In this document: piece by piece, positions 1 to 13,020 of the stretch | Numbering within the stretch: the stretch's first letter is position 1 | How the letters are laid out: the number at the start of each line of letters is the position of its first letter | Assembly (NCBI GenBank): GCA_905178155.1 | Contig: CAJINV010000015.1 | Coordinates: 2,072,110-2,136,109 of the forward strand | From: Amoebophrya sp. A120 | Taxonomy: Eukaryota; Protista; Dinoflagellata | Direction of reading: 5' to 3' | Length of the DNA: 64,000 nucleotides | Notes under the pieces: generated by a model | Told to the model about the DNA's origin: nothing | The model's input: only the letters and a program-made list of their open reading frames with translations | Databases searched by the model: none | Program-made: the position numbers and the translations under genes

Positions 1-1038
1 CTCCATTTGCGTCTCAAAGTCGTTAGTTCCGTCGCTTATGTTTCCGAACGCGTTGGCGCCGCCGTCCCGGAACTCAGACAAAGAAATTTTGCTCCCATCA
101 AAATCCCATAGCGCCAGTGCTGCAAAGTCCGGCAACGGTTCAGGCAATCGGGTTTCCATGTCGGTTATTCTCAGTGCGACGCGGCTTCCACTGTTATGAT
201 CATACGCGAGGCTCTTGCAGAGACAGGCACGGTGGAAATGTCCGTTTGCGTCTCTCACGGTCCCTCCCGCCACCCAGTAGGTCAGTGCGCCGTATTCTTG
301 TTTGTTCAAATACCCGCGAGCATTGTCTTCGGTTTGTGGATCGTCCAGCGCATTGAAGACTCCGATCGTTTCATGTCCATACGCTTTCTCCCACTCCGAA
401 GCCTCTATTCTGCCGTCGGCGTGGTTGACTGAAGTGCTGATGCTGTCCCACGGAACCGGTCCCTCAGCTAAAATTCTGTCGCGAAACGACTTCGGATCGG
501 GGAGAGATTGGATAGCAAGCTCCACTCGAAACGACTTCGGAATTCTGTCGCGAAACGACTTCGGATCCACCAGAGAACGGGTTTGTTGCTGTGCAGCTAT
601 TTGGTCAACACCAGAGCCACCAGCTGCTGTCTTTCCATTTTCCACTCCTGCCTGCGCTGCATGGTCAAGCTTTTGCAGTGCCGAAGATGGTTGCTGGCTC
701 GATGATGAAGATGCGTTGCTACTTCCAAAGACTCGTCTTGTGCGAGCGAGCAACGACTGTTTTTTAGACTTCTTCCTGTGTGCCCGCCGAAGATGTCGTG
801 TTTGCAACTGCTGCTCGTCAGGGGAACCTGAACGGCCATCGGGAGGGAGATCCTGATGATCATGATGTCGCTCGCGGTCGTGCTCATTCCAAATCTGGAC
901 TGCACTCTTGTTCCCTAGCTTACGTGCGCAAGCGATTCTGTTTCTGTCGACAAGAAAGATAACAACAAGGCTGTTGACAAAATTACGTTTGCCGGCCCAA
1001 ACTACGGGCTGCTTACTTTTGATTTTCAAGAAGACCAT
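1..1038 (-). CDS. Hypothetical protein, 3' end runs off the window; hydrophobic N-terminal stretch (MVFLKIKSKQPVVWAGKRNFVNSLVVIFLV...)
   Basis: Manual minus-strand translation from ATG at 1038 is open down to ~300; frame assumed to continue to the edge; internal PKSFR repeats; + ORF 302..856 is its antisense shadow. Confidence 0.65.
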   Translation of the reverse strand, partial: MVFLKIKSKQPVVWAGKRNFVNSLVVIFLVDRNRIACARKLGNKSAVQIWNEHDRERHHDHQDLPPDGRSGSPDEQQLQTRHLRRAHRKKSKKQSLLARTRRVFGSSNASSSSSQQPSSALQKLDHAAQAGVENGKTAAGGSGVDQIAAQQQTRSLVDPKSFRDRIPKSFRVELAIQSLPDPKSFRDRILAEGPVPWDSISTSVNHADGRIEASEWEKAYGHETIGVFNALDDPQTEDNARGYLNKQEYGALTYWVAGGTVRDANGHFHRACLCKSLAYDHNSGSRVALRITDMETRLPEPLPDFAALALWDFDGSKISLSEFRDGGANAFGNISDGTNDFETQME

Positions 1039-1898
1039 AGTTTGTTGAGATGAGCAAGATTTTCTCAGGCGCACGACCAGATAATTCAATTTACATACGT
1101 ACGAGAAAATAAATGCTAATGGGGAACCATCCTGCTCCCGCATCCATTTTCAGTTTGGTGGAAGTGATCCAGTATATGCAAACTGCATCAGCTAGCTAGA
1201 AAATGGTGTAGAAACGCGGCAAATTATGCGGCCCAAGAGACCCAGACAGTGCTGCATTCATCTTTGTCTCATGCCGCAAAAATGTCGGTTATCAGAGTAG
1301 AGGACGAGAACTGAAATTGATAGGGAAAACGAAACTCAAACTTCGCACGAGGGAGTGCCGAGCATACGGACGATTTACAAAAAAAACAAGCACGAATAGG
1401 AGATGTACGGACGAGAACGACAAGATGAACTACTTTTTGTGTGTTTGTGAAGACACAAAAAATGAGATTTTCTACCACGCGCACGGATACAAGAACCAAC
1501 TAACACTCCTAGCTAGGTAGGGCTATAATGTTGCGAGACAAACATCTACTGCTCTTCATTTGACGAATAATTCCGATGGATTATCTGATGTGCTGCTGGA
1601 AAAGCGATCACAAAGAAGGGCGCTCTGGCACAACCGAGAAGTGAGCACGACCTTGATGGTCAACTTCTGAAGAGAACAAACACGACACCTGCTATGGAGG
1701 CCTACTGAGGATTGACGTTCACCTCTGATAGAGACGAGCAGGAAAGAAATGCTACCATATTTAACGTGATTGAAAAATCAAATTTTTCTTGAAGTGGCTT
1801 TATTATGTTGAGCGCTCCTTTTTCAGCCGGAGCCCGCATTTTTTTTCAAAAAAGACTCACTCACAGTCACACTCACCGCCCGCCTACAAAATAAAGAA

Positions 1899-4800
1899 CT
1901 ATCTGCTCATCACGATTTCCTCGGAGCAGGAGGAGCCACAGGAGGAACGACTACTTTCGGAACCTGCGGCTTCAAGGGCCGGAAATCCATTGCGTTAGGG
2001 ATAATCGGCGCCGCATTTTCATCCTCGTCGCTCTCTAAACCCGCGCCGTCCAACCCCTTGGCCCAAAACCTTTATCAAACAAAAAAGTGTTAATGTCAAC
2101 GGTTTTGACAGAATGCAGTCATGCATGACAGATTTTGCGTAATATGCATGCTATGCATGACAAATTTGGACACGTTTTGTGACGCGTCACTGCATCACAA
2201 ATTCCGTTAACGTGAACACTTTTTTCTGTGATAACCTTCCCGGATCCACCATGGTTCCCAAATTGCTATAACTAGCCATCATGCTATTCGCCGCAGCACC
2301 GGGACCTCCGGCAGGGACACCGCCGAGGGCACCGGCATTGTTGAAACCACTTCCAGGCGGGAAAGCTGCAATTGACCGGTAGCTGGTTAAGCTGTTAGAA
2401 GCAGCTCCTGCAGGCATAGTGCCAGAAGGCGGAACTTGTACTTCCTGCAGCCTGGAAAAATTGTTTGTGGTTGGACTTGTTCCGCCGGACAAGTTGTACT
2501 GCGCACTCTGTTGTGTGCTTAGATCGTAGGAACCAATTTGCTGGCGCCCCGCTTGGAGATGTTCTCGGGTGTCGCCGTGTAACAATTCCCGCTGCCGCGC
2601 AAGGGCGCGAGTTCGGGCGGCTTCGTTTTCATCATCCTCGTCATCCTCCCCTAGCAGCTTCTGTTCGTAGCGCACTATGAACAGAATCACGGAAAAAACG
2701 CAACACAAGATGGCGATGGTGAAGATCGTGCAGAGGCACTTTTGGTTGCTGTTGTCAGTCGTTTCAACATCTTCTGCCGAGTCCTGATCGGAGTCTTCTA
2801 CTCCGGCTTCCATTTGTTCGTCGTCCTCGTCCTCGTCACCGCAGAAAAAAGAGCGGCCGCATTCTTGCAGGCCTGTGCTGCCAGTGCCACTTACTGCCGA
2901 AGATGGATCATTTTCTGTGTAATTGTCTGCATTTCTTGCGCCAGCGCCGTTCGAGGCTGGTACCAGTTCAGCGCTCGCGCCCCCCATCGCAGGCCTGTTA
3001 CTATTGGTCTTCCCAGCTCCTGCTGTATTTTGTTCAGACGGGGGCGATTGCGGCTTACCGGTCGCAGTAGACGTGGTGGCCGTATTGGTGATACTGGTGG
3101 TTCTTGGAAGTGTGGTAGCAGTTGTGCGTGGTATTTTTGTCGTGCTGCTTGTACTAGTGCTTGAAAATACTACGACCGATGTGGTGCTAATACTAATGCT
3201 TGGAATATCATTTTTTCCGGTGGTAAGAGTGGCGTTTGGAATTAATGTGGTGGTAGGTCCGCTTTGAATTATAAGAATTACGGTCGTGGTAGTTGTGTTT
3301 GTAGAAGTTGTGGTGGCTGCCGTCGAAGCTGTTCCTGTCGGTGTGGTCGCGGGAGCTACACTTGCCTTCGTTGTGCTGGTCGAGGCAACTTCTTCAGTCG
3401 TCGTTTCAGTCGGAGAGGTTGTGGAAACGAGATGGGCGGTAGTCACTGTCACGGGGTCGAGCTGCGTTGTAGAAGGCGTGAAAATAGTTGCTACAAGTCC
3501 GTTAGGCGTCGTGCTGCTGCTGCTTGTACTATCAACTTCTCCATCATAGCACCATAGTGGCGGCTCGTAGACAGTACCTGGCACAACTGGTGGTGAGGGT
3601 TGTACTTGTGGGATGGTCGTCTCTTCTTGGCCTGGTTCCGTTTGTGGAGCGACCGCCGTGGGCACCGGGCGCGGGGTCGTAGTAGAAGATATTGATATAG
3701 TGGGAGGACTATGACACCACCTCTTCAGTTCAGCTTCTTTCCTATGCATTGCAAAAGTATCGCTCTAATGTAGTACCAATACAGCCTGCATCTCTATATG
3801 CAAAAATCTTTTTCAAAACAAATTTATTAATATCGAAAAATGAAATCAATTTGTCATCGACTGACGATCGATCCTAAGAAACACGTAGATCACTGATGTC
3901 ATGCAGTATTCATCTTGCAAGATGAATTACGTACGAAATTGCGCTCCTTTTGCCATGGATACCTCCAAATTTCCAGGATGTCGTATTCTGGAACGTTCAG
4001 GTGTGACACCGCGTCCGTGACATCGATGTTAAATTCGGCAAATATGTCGGAACTACCCGCGTCAGTCCCAAATATCGTGGACCACTCCGGATGGAGTGAA
4101 ATCTTTCCGTCATCAGAGATCGCATCTTTCAGCAATTCCGGGTGGTGGAAAAATTTCCGCCGAAAGGCCAAGGGATCGGGCAGCCTGTAGTCGATGATTG
4201 CGTTTATCCTCTCCGTGTTCAGTAGCTCGGGTATAAGTAGTGGCAGCTTGATGTTATGGTCGTGCTCTTCTTTGCTCCTTTTGCGCTGGACGTGCTCTTG
4301 TTCTTTGTGCAGCAAAGACGAGAAAGTGTTAAATTCGGCATAGTCCAACACGGGTCCTGCTGTATCGATATGGTTGGAATCTATGGCGGGCTCGTGATGT
4401 TTATTTTCGGCGAAGGCCGAGCTGAGTTTGGTAGTTCGAGCTTCGCGTCTGCTCTATGGATGTGTCAGGATCGAAATCGACAAAATCGAAAAATTTGTGA
4501 TGCATAAAATGCATGACGCGAAATACGTGTGTTGCAGAGCAGGCAAGTGAGGCCGATTGTAAGCCTGTTTGGGGTTATAGCTCGAGCTGCTAAACCGGCA
4601 TGAGAGAACCAGCCTTCTTTGCCTACACAGCATTACAAACTGGATTTAGGCGCACCCAGAATTTGTCATGCGCCACTTAGAAACTGGGTCCGAACTGGAA
4701 TCCATTTTATGCATGACAAATCATTTCGATTTTGTCAATTTTGATTCTGACACTTCCATATGCTCTTTCGTAGTAGTAGACCTGCTCTTGCAGCACGACC

Positions 4801-5205
4801 AGCAGAAGAAGAAGCCGCAGCTCCGGCCCCGCTACCTCGCAGCCTGTTCCGTGTGTAGAAGTAGTTGTTCCTCGCCCCATCTATTGTGCCATCCTGTCCA
4901 CCGCGCCGAAGCCGAAGTAAACCTCCACCCGCTGTGCTTCCTGTTTCCTGTTTTCTACTTTCATTCTCCAAAAAAGCCACTGCATCGTCTACCGTCGTGG
5001 TTCTATCGTGATTTTTTGTTTCTTTGCGCCTCTCGGCATAATTGAAATTATTGTCGTTCTCCACAGCGAGGGCATTGTGGGCTACAAAGATGCCTGCCGG
5101 TTCTGCTGCCTCCACAGATTGACGTGCCAGCGAGGCCGAGAGAAACGCAAACACCGTCGTTCTCTTCGTATGAGCGAAGATAGAAGGAGGTGAGCCTGAC
5201 ATCAT
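1899..5205 (-). CDS. Mucin-like single-pass membrane protein (signal-like N-terminus, Thr/Ser-rich stalk, TM helix); 4 exons split by 3 introner elements
   Basis: ORFs 4735..5205, 3899..4351 and 2187..3749 join in frame after removing elements 4455-4760, 3743-3961 and 2073-2233 plus one DR each; ends ...EIVMSR* at 1899; TM IFTIAILCCVFSVILFIV. Confidence 0.8.
2073..2233. mobile_element. Introner element family I (161 bp)
   Basis: TIR TATCA.A.AAAAAAGTGTT; DR ACCTT/ACCTT. Confidence 0.9.
3743..3961. mobile_element. Introner element family B, degenerate
   Basis: TAT-N4-TGCAAAAG-like ends; DR TTTCC/CCTCC; frame restored. Confidence 0.75.
4455..4760. mobile_element. Introner element family C (306 bp)
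   Basis: TIR TATGGA.GTGTCAG.AT..AAAT.GACAAA; DR TGCTC/TGCTC. Confidence 0.92.
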
Positions 5206-7315
5206 ACTTTCAATTTAGGCTTTTTTTTTATCATGGTACCCTAATATCGCGCTCTTCTAGAACTACTGCACCAAGCATCCCGGGCCCGGACAGTAGAGAG
5301 TCGGTGCTTATTTGAGTATGAATTCATTTCGGGGTCGTGAGTACGTACCTGTAGGAATGAAAGCTACCTACTGAGTGGCTAGGATATGCGCAACACTACA
5401 CACAGTACAAACCTGACATGTTCGGCAATAAACAGTGAGCTGATCAAAAAGTTCTTTCTGTTGCTGGCCTCCTAGTACTTCCGTTGGTTTCTCTTTCTAG
5501 TAAAAGCACGATGACGAAAAGAAAAATGACCACGGCGGAGGCGGAGCTGTACGACAAACCAAAAAACCACCAAAGCAGGGGATGAGTGACGATTACGATT
5601 CTTCTTCGGAACGATAAAGGTGGACAACGACCCGGATTATATTACTTCTTGTTGTTCGTCTATTTTCACTTACAACACGCTTGGACAAAAATTAACACGA
5701 AACGGTACGACAAAGCACTAGAACTTGTCGCAAGAACCGGTGGAAGCTGCATCATCTCCGCGTTGTTGTAGTTGATGCGCAACAAGTAGACTACACAACC
5801 ACACCAACGATGGACGATACGAAGATAAGGTCAAAATAGAACCCTAAAACCATAAACCCGTTCAACCCTTCTAAACCCTTTTCGACGCTGGCGAAGGAAC
5901 CGGGGCGGAAGCAGGAAGATGAATCAGGGGAGAAGAAGAACTGGATACCGCAACTGATCAGAGAGAGTGTGCACAAGAACGCATGGTAAGACCTAAAGAT
6001 TCTATTTTAAGCAAACTACCCACATAGGACACCGGATGGCGTCATGCCCCAAACCACAAAAAACCTGCTTGGTGCCAGTAGGGCCCGGGGAAAGCAAGAG
6101 AGCAGCACGAGAAGGAAAGGTAAAATCTACTTTCAAAAAGCGCTAATAAAGCCTTGTGCTCTGATCCGTCCGGGTGTGCACTCCCTTTTGGTTCTAAAGC
6201 TTCAGCAGTGCTGAGAGCGCTCCGACCCTAAACCTCCTGACCAAAGCCAAAAGATCTACGTACGTATGCGCACGAGCAAGGCAGGAACATCGCCTGATGT
6301 GGACGATGTTCCTAAACTAAAAAACAAAAGAGCGACTCTCGGACCGGAGGTAGGCCTCACGGTAGTCGATGCGAGCGAAGGAAGGTAGGCCTCACGGTCC
6401 TCGATGGACGATACGAAGATAAGGTAAAACAAGAGTCTTTCACGAACTTTATTTGGCCTGTAGATAGAATAACGACGTCCGAAGCTGCAGAAACCGCAGT
6501 AGAGACAGGCAGCTGTCGGACGAGATCTAGAACACCTTCATGGCTCGGGCGAGGAGATGAGCTTGAGCATGAGGCCTTGAAGGTGGACATGGCTCAGAAC
6601 ACAATACTACCTCGTTCATTTGAAAAAATTGAGTAGATGTAGAACAAAGCGCTTCATATGTTTAAGTTTATGCAGAGCAACCTTGTAGTTATCTCCCGGG
6701 CGTAGCTCTACTCGAGAAAAGAAAAGGAAATCACTTCGCCCAACATCCGAAGATAATCCGTGCTGACCACTAGCTGCCCTCTTGCCCGAATTCCCGCGTC
6801 CAGGCTTCGTTTCGCGCGATTTCCGCAGGAGTATCCCGAAGAAATAAAGAACTCTACTTGATAGGTCGGGCGCGGCGGCGGCAGAGCCAAATGCAAAAAA
6901 TCGTGTGTTGTACCGCATCAGGCACAGCATGCAAGCAGAATTAAGTGTAAGTCGAATGTTGATGAAAACAACTTTTTTATATGGGAAAATGATGCATAGC
7001 CGAGATTTATTGGACTTCCAGCGTCGTCCCCCCCATGAAGTAGAGACGACGTTCTCTTCTTGCGATACGCACCAACGGAGGGCTTCGTCTTTTCTACTGC
7101 GGCAAGGAAGGGATATTCACCGACAAAGAATGAAAAACTACTTACTTCTTCCACTACCACAACAAATTGAGGTTTTAGTTTTGAGCACGACTCGGTTCAT
7201 TTGCACATCCACCTGGACAGAATATGTACTGTTTCTGTGCTTAACCTACCCCGCCCTGCACCAGCTGCTGCCCTTTTTACGAGTGTATTTGATCAGGGGT
7301 GTGGGGTCTAACCCC

Positions 7316-8352
7316 ACAGCGTCTACGAGCACAGGTCGTAGACGCTGTGACCCCCCACAGCGTCTACGAGGTCAGGTCGTAGACGCTGTGACCCCCCACA
7401 GCGTCTACGAGGTCAGGTCGTAGACGCTGTGACCCCCCACAGCGTCTACGAGGTCAGGTCGTAGACGCTGTGACCCCCCACAGCGTCTACGAGGTCAGGT
7501 CGTAGACGCTGTGACCCCCCACAGCGTCTACGAGGTCAGGTCGTAGACGCTGTGACCCCCCACAGCGTCTACGAGGTCAGGTCGTAGACGCTGTGCCCCC
7601 CCACAGCGTCTACGAGGTCAGGTCGTAGACGCTGTGACCCCCCACAGCGTCTACGAGGTCAGGTCGTAGACGCTGTGACCCCCCACAGCGTCTACGAGGT
7701 CAGGTCGTAGACGCTGTGACCCCCCACAGCGTCTACGAGGTCAGGTCGTAGACGCTGTGACCCCCCACAGCGTCTACGAGGTCAGGTCGTAGACGCTGTG
7801 ACCCCCCACAGCGTCTACGAGGTCAGGTCGTAGACGCTGTGACCCCCCACAGCGTCTACGAGGTCAGGTCGTAGACGCTGTGACCCCCCACAGCGTCTAC
7901 GAGGTCAGGTCGTAGACGCTGTGACCCCCCACAGCGTCTACGAGGTCAGGTCGTAGACGCTGTGACCCCCCACAGCGTCTACGAGGTCAGGTCGTAGACG
8001 CTGTGACCCCCCACAGCGTCTACGAGGTCAGGTCGTAGACGCTGTGACCCCCCACAGCGTATACGAGGTCAGGTCGTAGACGCTGTGACCCCCCACAGCG
8101 TATACGAGGTCAGGTCGTAGACGCTGTGACCCCCCACAGCGTATACGAGGTCAGGTCGTAGACGCTGTGACCCCCCACAGCGTATACGAGGTCAGGTCGT
8201 AGACGCTGTGACCCCCCACAGCGTATACGAGGTCAGGTCGTAGACGCTGTGACCCCCCACAGCGTATACGAGGTCAGGTCGTAGACGCTGTGACCCCCCA
8301 CAGCGTATACGAGGTCAGGTCGTAGACGCTGTGACCCCCCACAGCGTCTACG
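7316..8352. repeat. Tandem array, ~25 copies of a 41-bp unit built from 13-bp inverted arms
   Basis: Unit ACAGCGTCTACGA-GGTCAGG-TCGTAGACGCTGT-GACCCCCC; 7 consecutive units (~8055-8311) share one C>A variant. Confidence 0.98.
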
Positions 8353-8429
8353 CCTGGCGGTCGAACCCGGATCCACCGGACCCGACACTGACGCCCAGCA
8401 CCAGGGCGTGGAGCCCCGGACCCGCCGAG

Positions 8430-8800
8430 CCGCGAAATTTCAAAATTTTATTTTTATTCAGGTCCAAGCGATGGCCACAAATCAAACGCCCAGGCAATCA
8501 CTAAACAAGAAGCCGCGATGTTCCATCTGATCTGCTCTCATCCCAAGACAAACCCCCGCGGACATGCTACAGAGCGCTGCTATTTTCTCTCAAACTTTGA
8601 GAATCCGCGAAATTTCAAAATTTTATTTTTTATTGTGTGTGGCAACCAAACATGCCAAACTTCCAACCTCATTGACAACACAATGCGACCACGCGCACTG
8701 TGTCGAATTGAAACAGACCAACACAAGTCCGCGAATTTTCTAAATTTTATTTTTATTGAAACCGAAAGTCCGCGAATTTTCAAAATTTTATTTTTATCGT
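8430..8800. repeat. Four dispersed copies of CCGCGAA(A/T)TTT(C/T)..AATTTTATTTTT
   Basis: Copies near 8430, 8605, 8730 and 8770. Confidence 0.8.
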
Positions 8801-8852
8801 TTTCTATTTTCGCGATCGTTCAACGAGTCTGATTCTGATCAGACAAAGTGGA

Positions 8853-9085
8853 TTTTTGTAATCGCGGATCCGCGGTTACAAAAATCCGAGAAACTTTGTA
8901 ATCGCAGATCCGCGATTACAAAAATCCGAGAAACTTTGTAATCGCGGATCCGCGATTACAAAAATCCGGGAAAATTTGTAATCGCGGATCCGCGATTACA
9001 AAAATCCGGGAAAATTTGTAATCGCGGATCCGCGATTACAAAAATCCGGGAAAATTTGTAATCGCGGATCCGCGATTACACAAAT
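8853..9085. repeat. Tandem array, 6 copies of a 40-bp unit containing a 28-bp palindrome
   Basis: TTTGTAATCGCGGATCCGCGATTACAAA plus AATCCG(A/G)GAAA(A/C) linker; single mismatches in some copies. Confidence 0.97.
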
Positions 9086-9191
9086 CTCGAAAATTTGTGA
9101 ACTACCCAAACCAACACCGTAAACTACGGACTGCCCATGATTATCTCCACTATCTTCATGCCCATGCTCTATTCTTCATCGCCCATTAGAT

Positions 9192-11906
<2,715 letters not shown>

Positions 11907-13020
11907 GGTTGATTTGTACTACCACTTCCTCGAGTGGTCAACGTAGAAGTTGTGGACAAGTATTAGTCAAGTTGTGAAGTAGATTTTGCGCGAAAGTGCG
12001 TGACGGATTTGAGTGTCGTATTAAAGGTGAGCAAGATAAAGCTCTTCGTCCGGATCGTACTCCTTCTACCACAAAGCTGATTGCTACCACGACGGCCCCC
12101 TTTCAAATTGAATTGTACACTTCAAAAGTACTTACAGCTTGTTATGTTCTATATGTTTCATCTGTTCTAGGTACAATCCTAGCACAACCTGAACCAGTCT
12201 GCCTCGTCACGCGAGTTGATCACCCCTACCATGCTCCTGTAATATCGTTGCTTCACAACAACTACAAATCATCATTCGGCGCAGCCCACTCATGAAGTTA
12301 GTTACCGCGTCGTGCACCCAACCCCAGCAGCATCAAGTAGAACAAAAGTGCTGGTGACGCTAGAACATGCGGAAGTCGTTGCTAGCTGCTTGTAATCAGT
12401 GCCCTGGAGGAGCAGCACTAACTTGCTCCTCCGTGCGTTGTGGCACTACTTCGTTGTGGTACTACTCCAGTGGAGCTTCTTGTCGTGTCATCTTTCATTG
12501 ATTATGTACAGGAGTAGTTCTTGCGGGAAACGGAAACGCCGTGCTCATGTTGATTGTTCTTTCATTTACGTGCGGCTGCATGTACAACAAATCTGTCTAC
12601 AGGTGCATTGAAACATCGATGGGTTGTAAAATTGAAAGAAAAAGCCCCCACAGGAAGCACTTCATATCGAAGCATAATTGACCCCCGTGTCTTGCTTCGC
12701 CGCACTTCTTGGAAGCTGCGAGAACGCGTTGCAAGATGAGTTTTCTGCTCCATTCAAAATCAAAAAATAAAACTTGCCACTCCTGTGAATTCGAAAAAAT
12801 CTACCACAGCTAGAGCTAGATACATACCTCTAGGTACTAGCGTAAAACTAAAACAAAGTCGAAGTAGAGTATCTTGAGTAAAACTGAAACAAAGAAGAGC
12901 ATCGCATGTGCTAATGCTGTGATTTGTCGTAACTTATTCTGCTGTTCTGCGCTTGCTTGCGGTTAGCTTAAAACATAAACTTAAACAAGACTGATAAAAT
13001 TAACTTGACTCAGACTTCAT

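Noticed and set aside
5300-7300. Protein-coding gene or LTR element
   Set aside because: Only short motif-less ORFs and one ~25-bp duplication (~5808 and ~6402); no supportable model.
7316-8352. CRISPR array
   Set aside because: The palindromic repeats have no unique spacers, there are no cas genes, and the context is eukaryotic.
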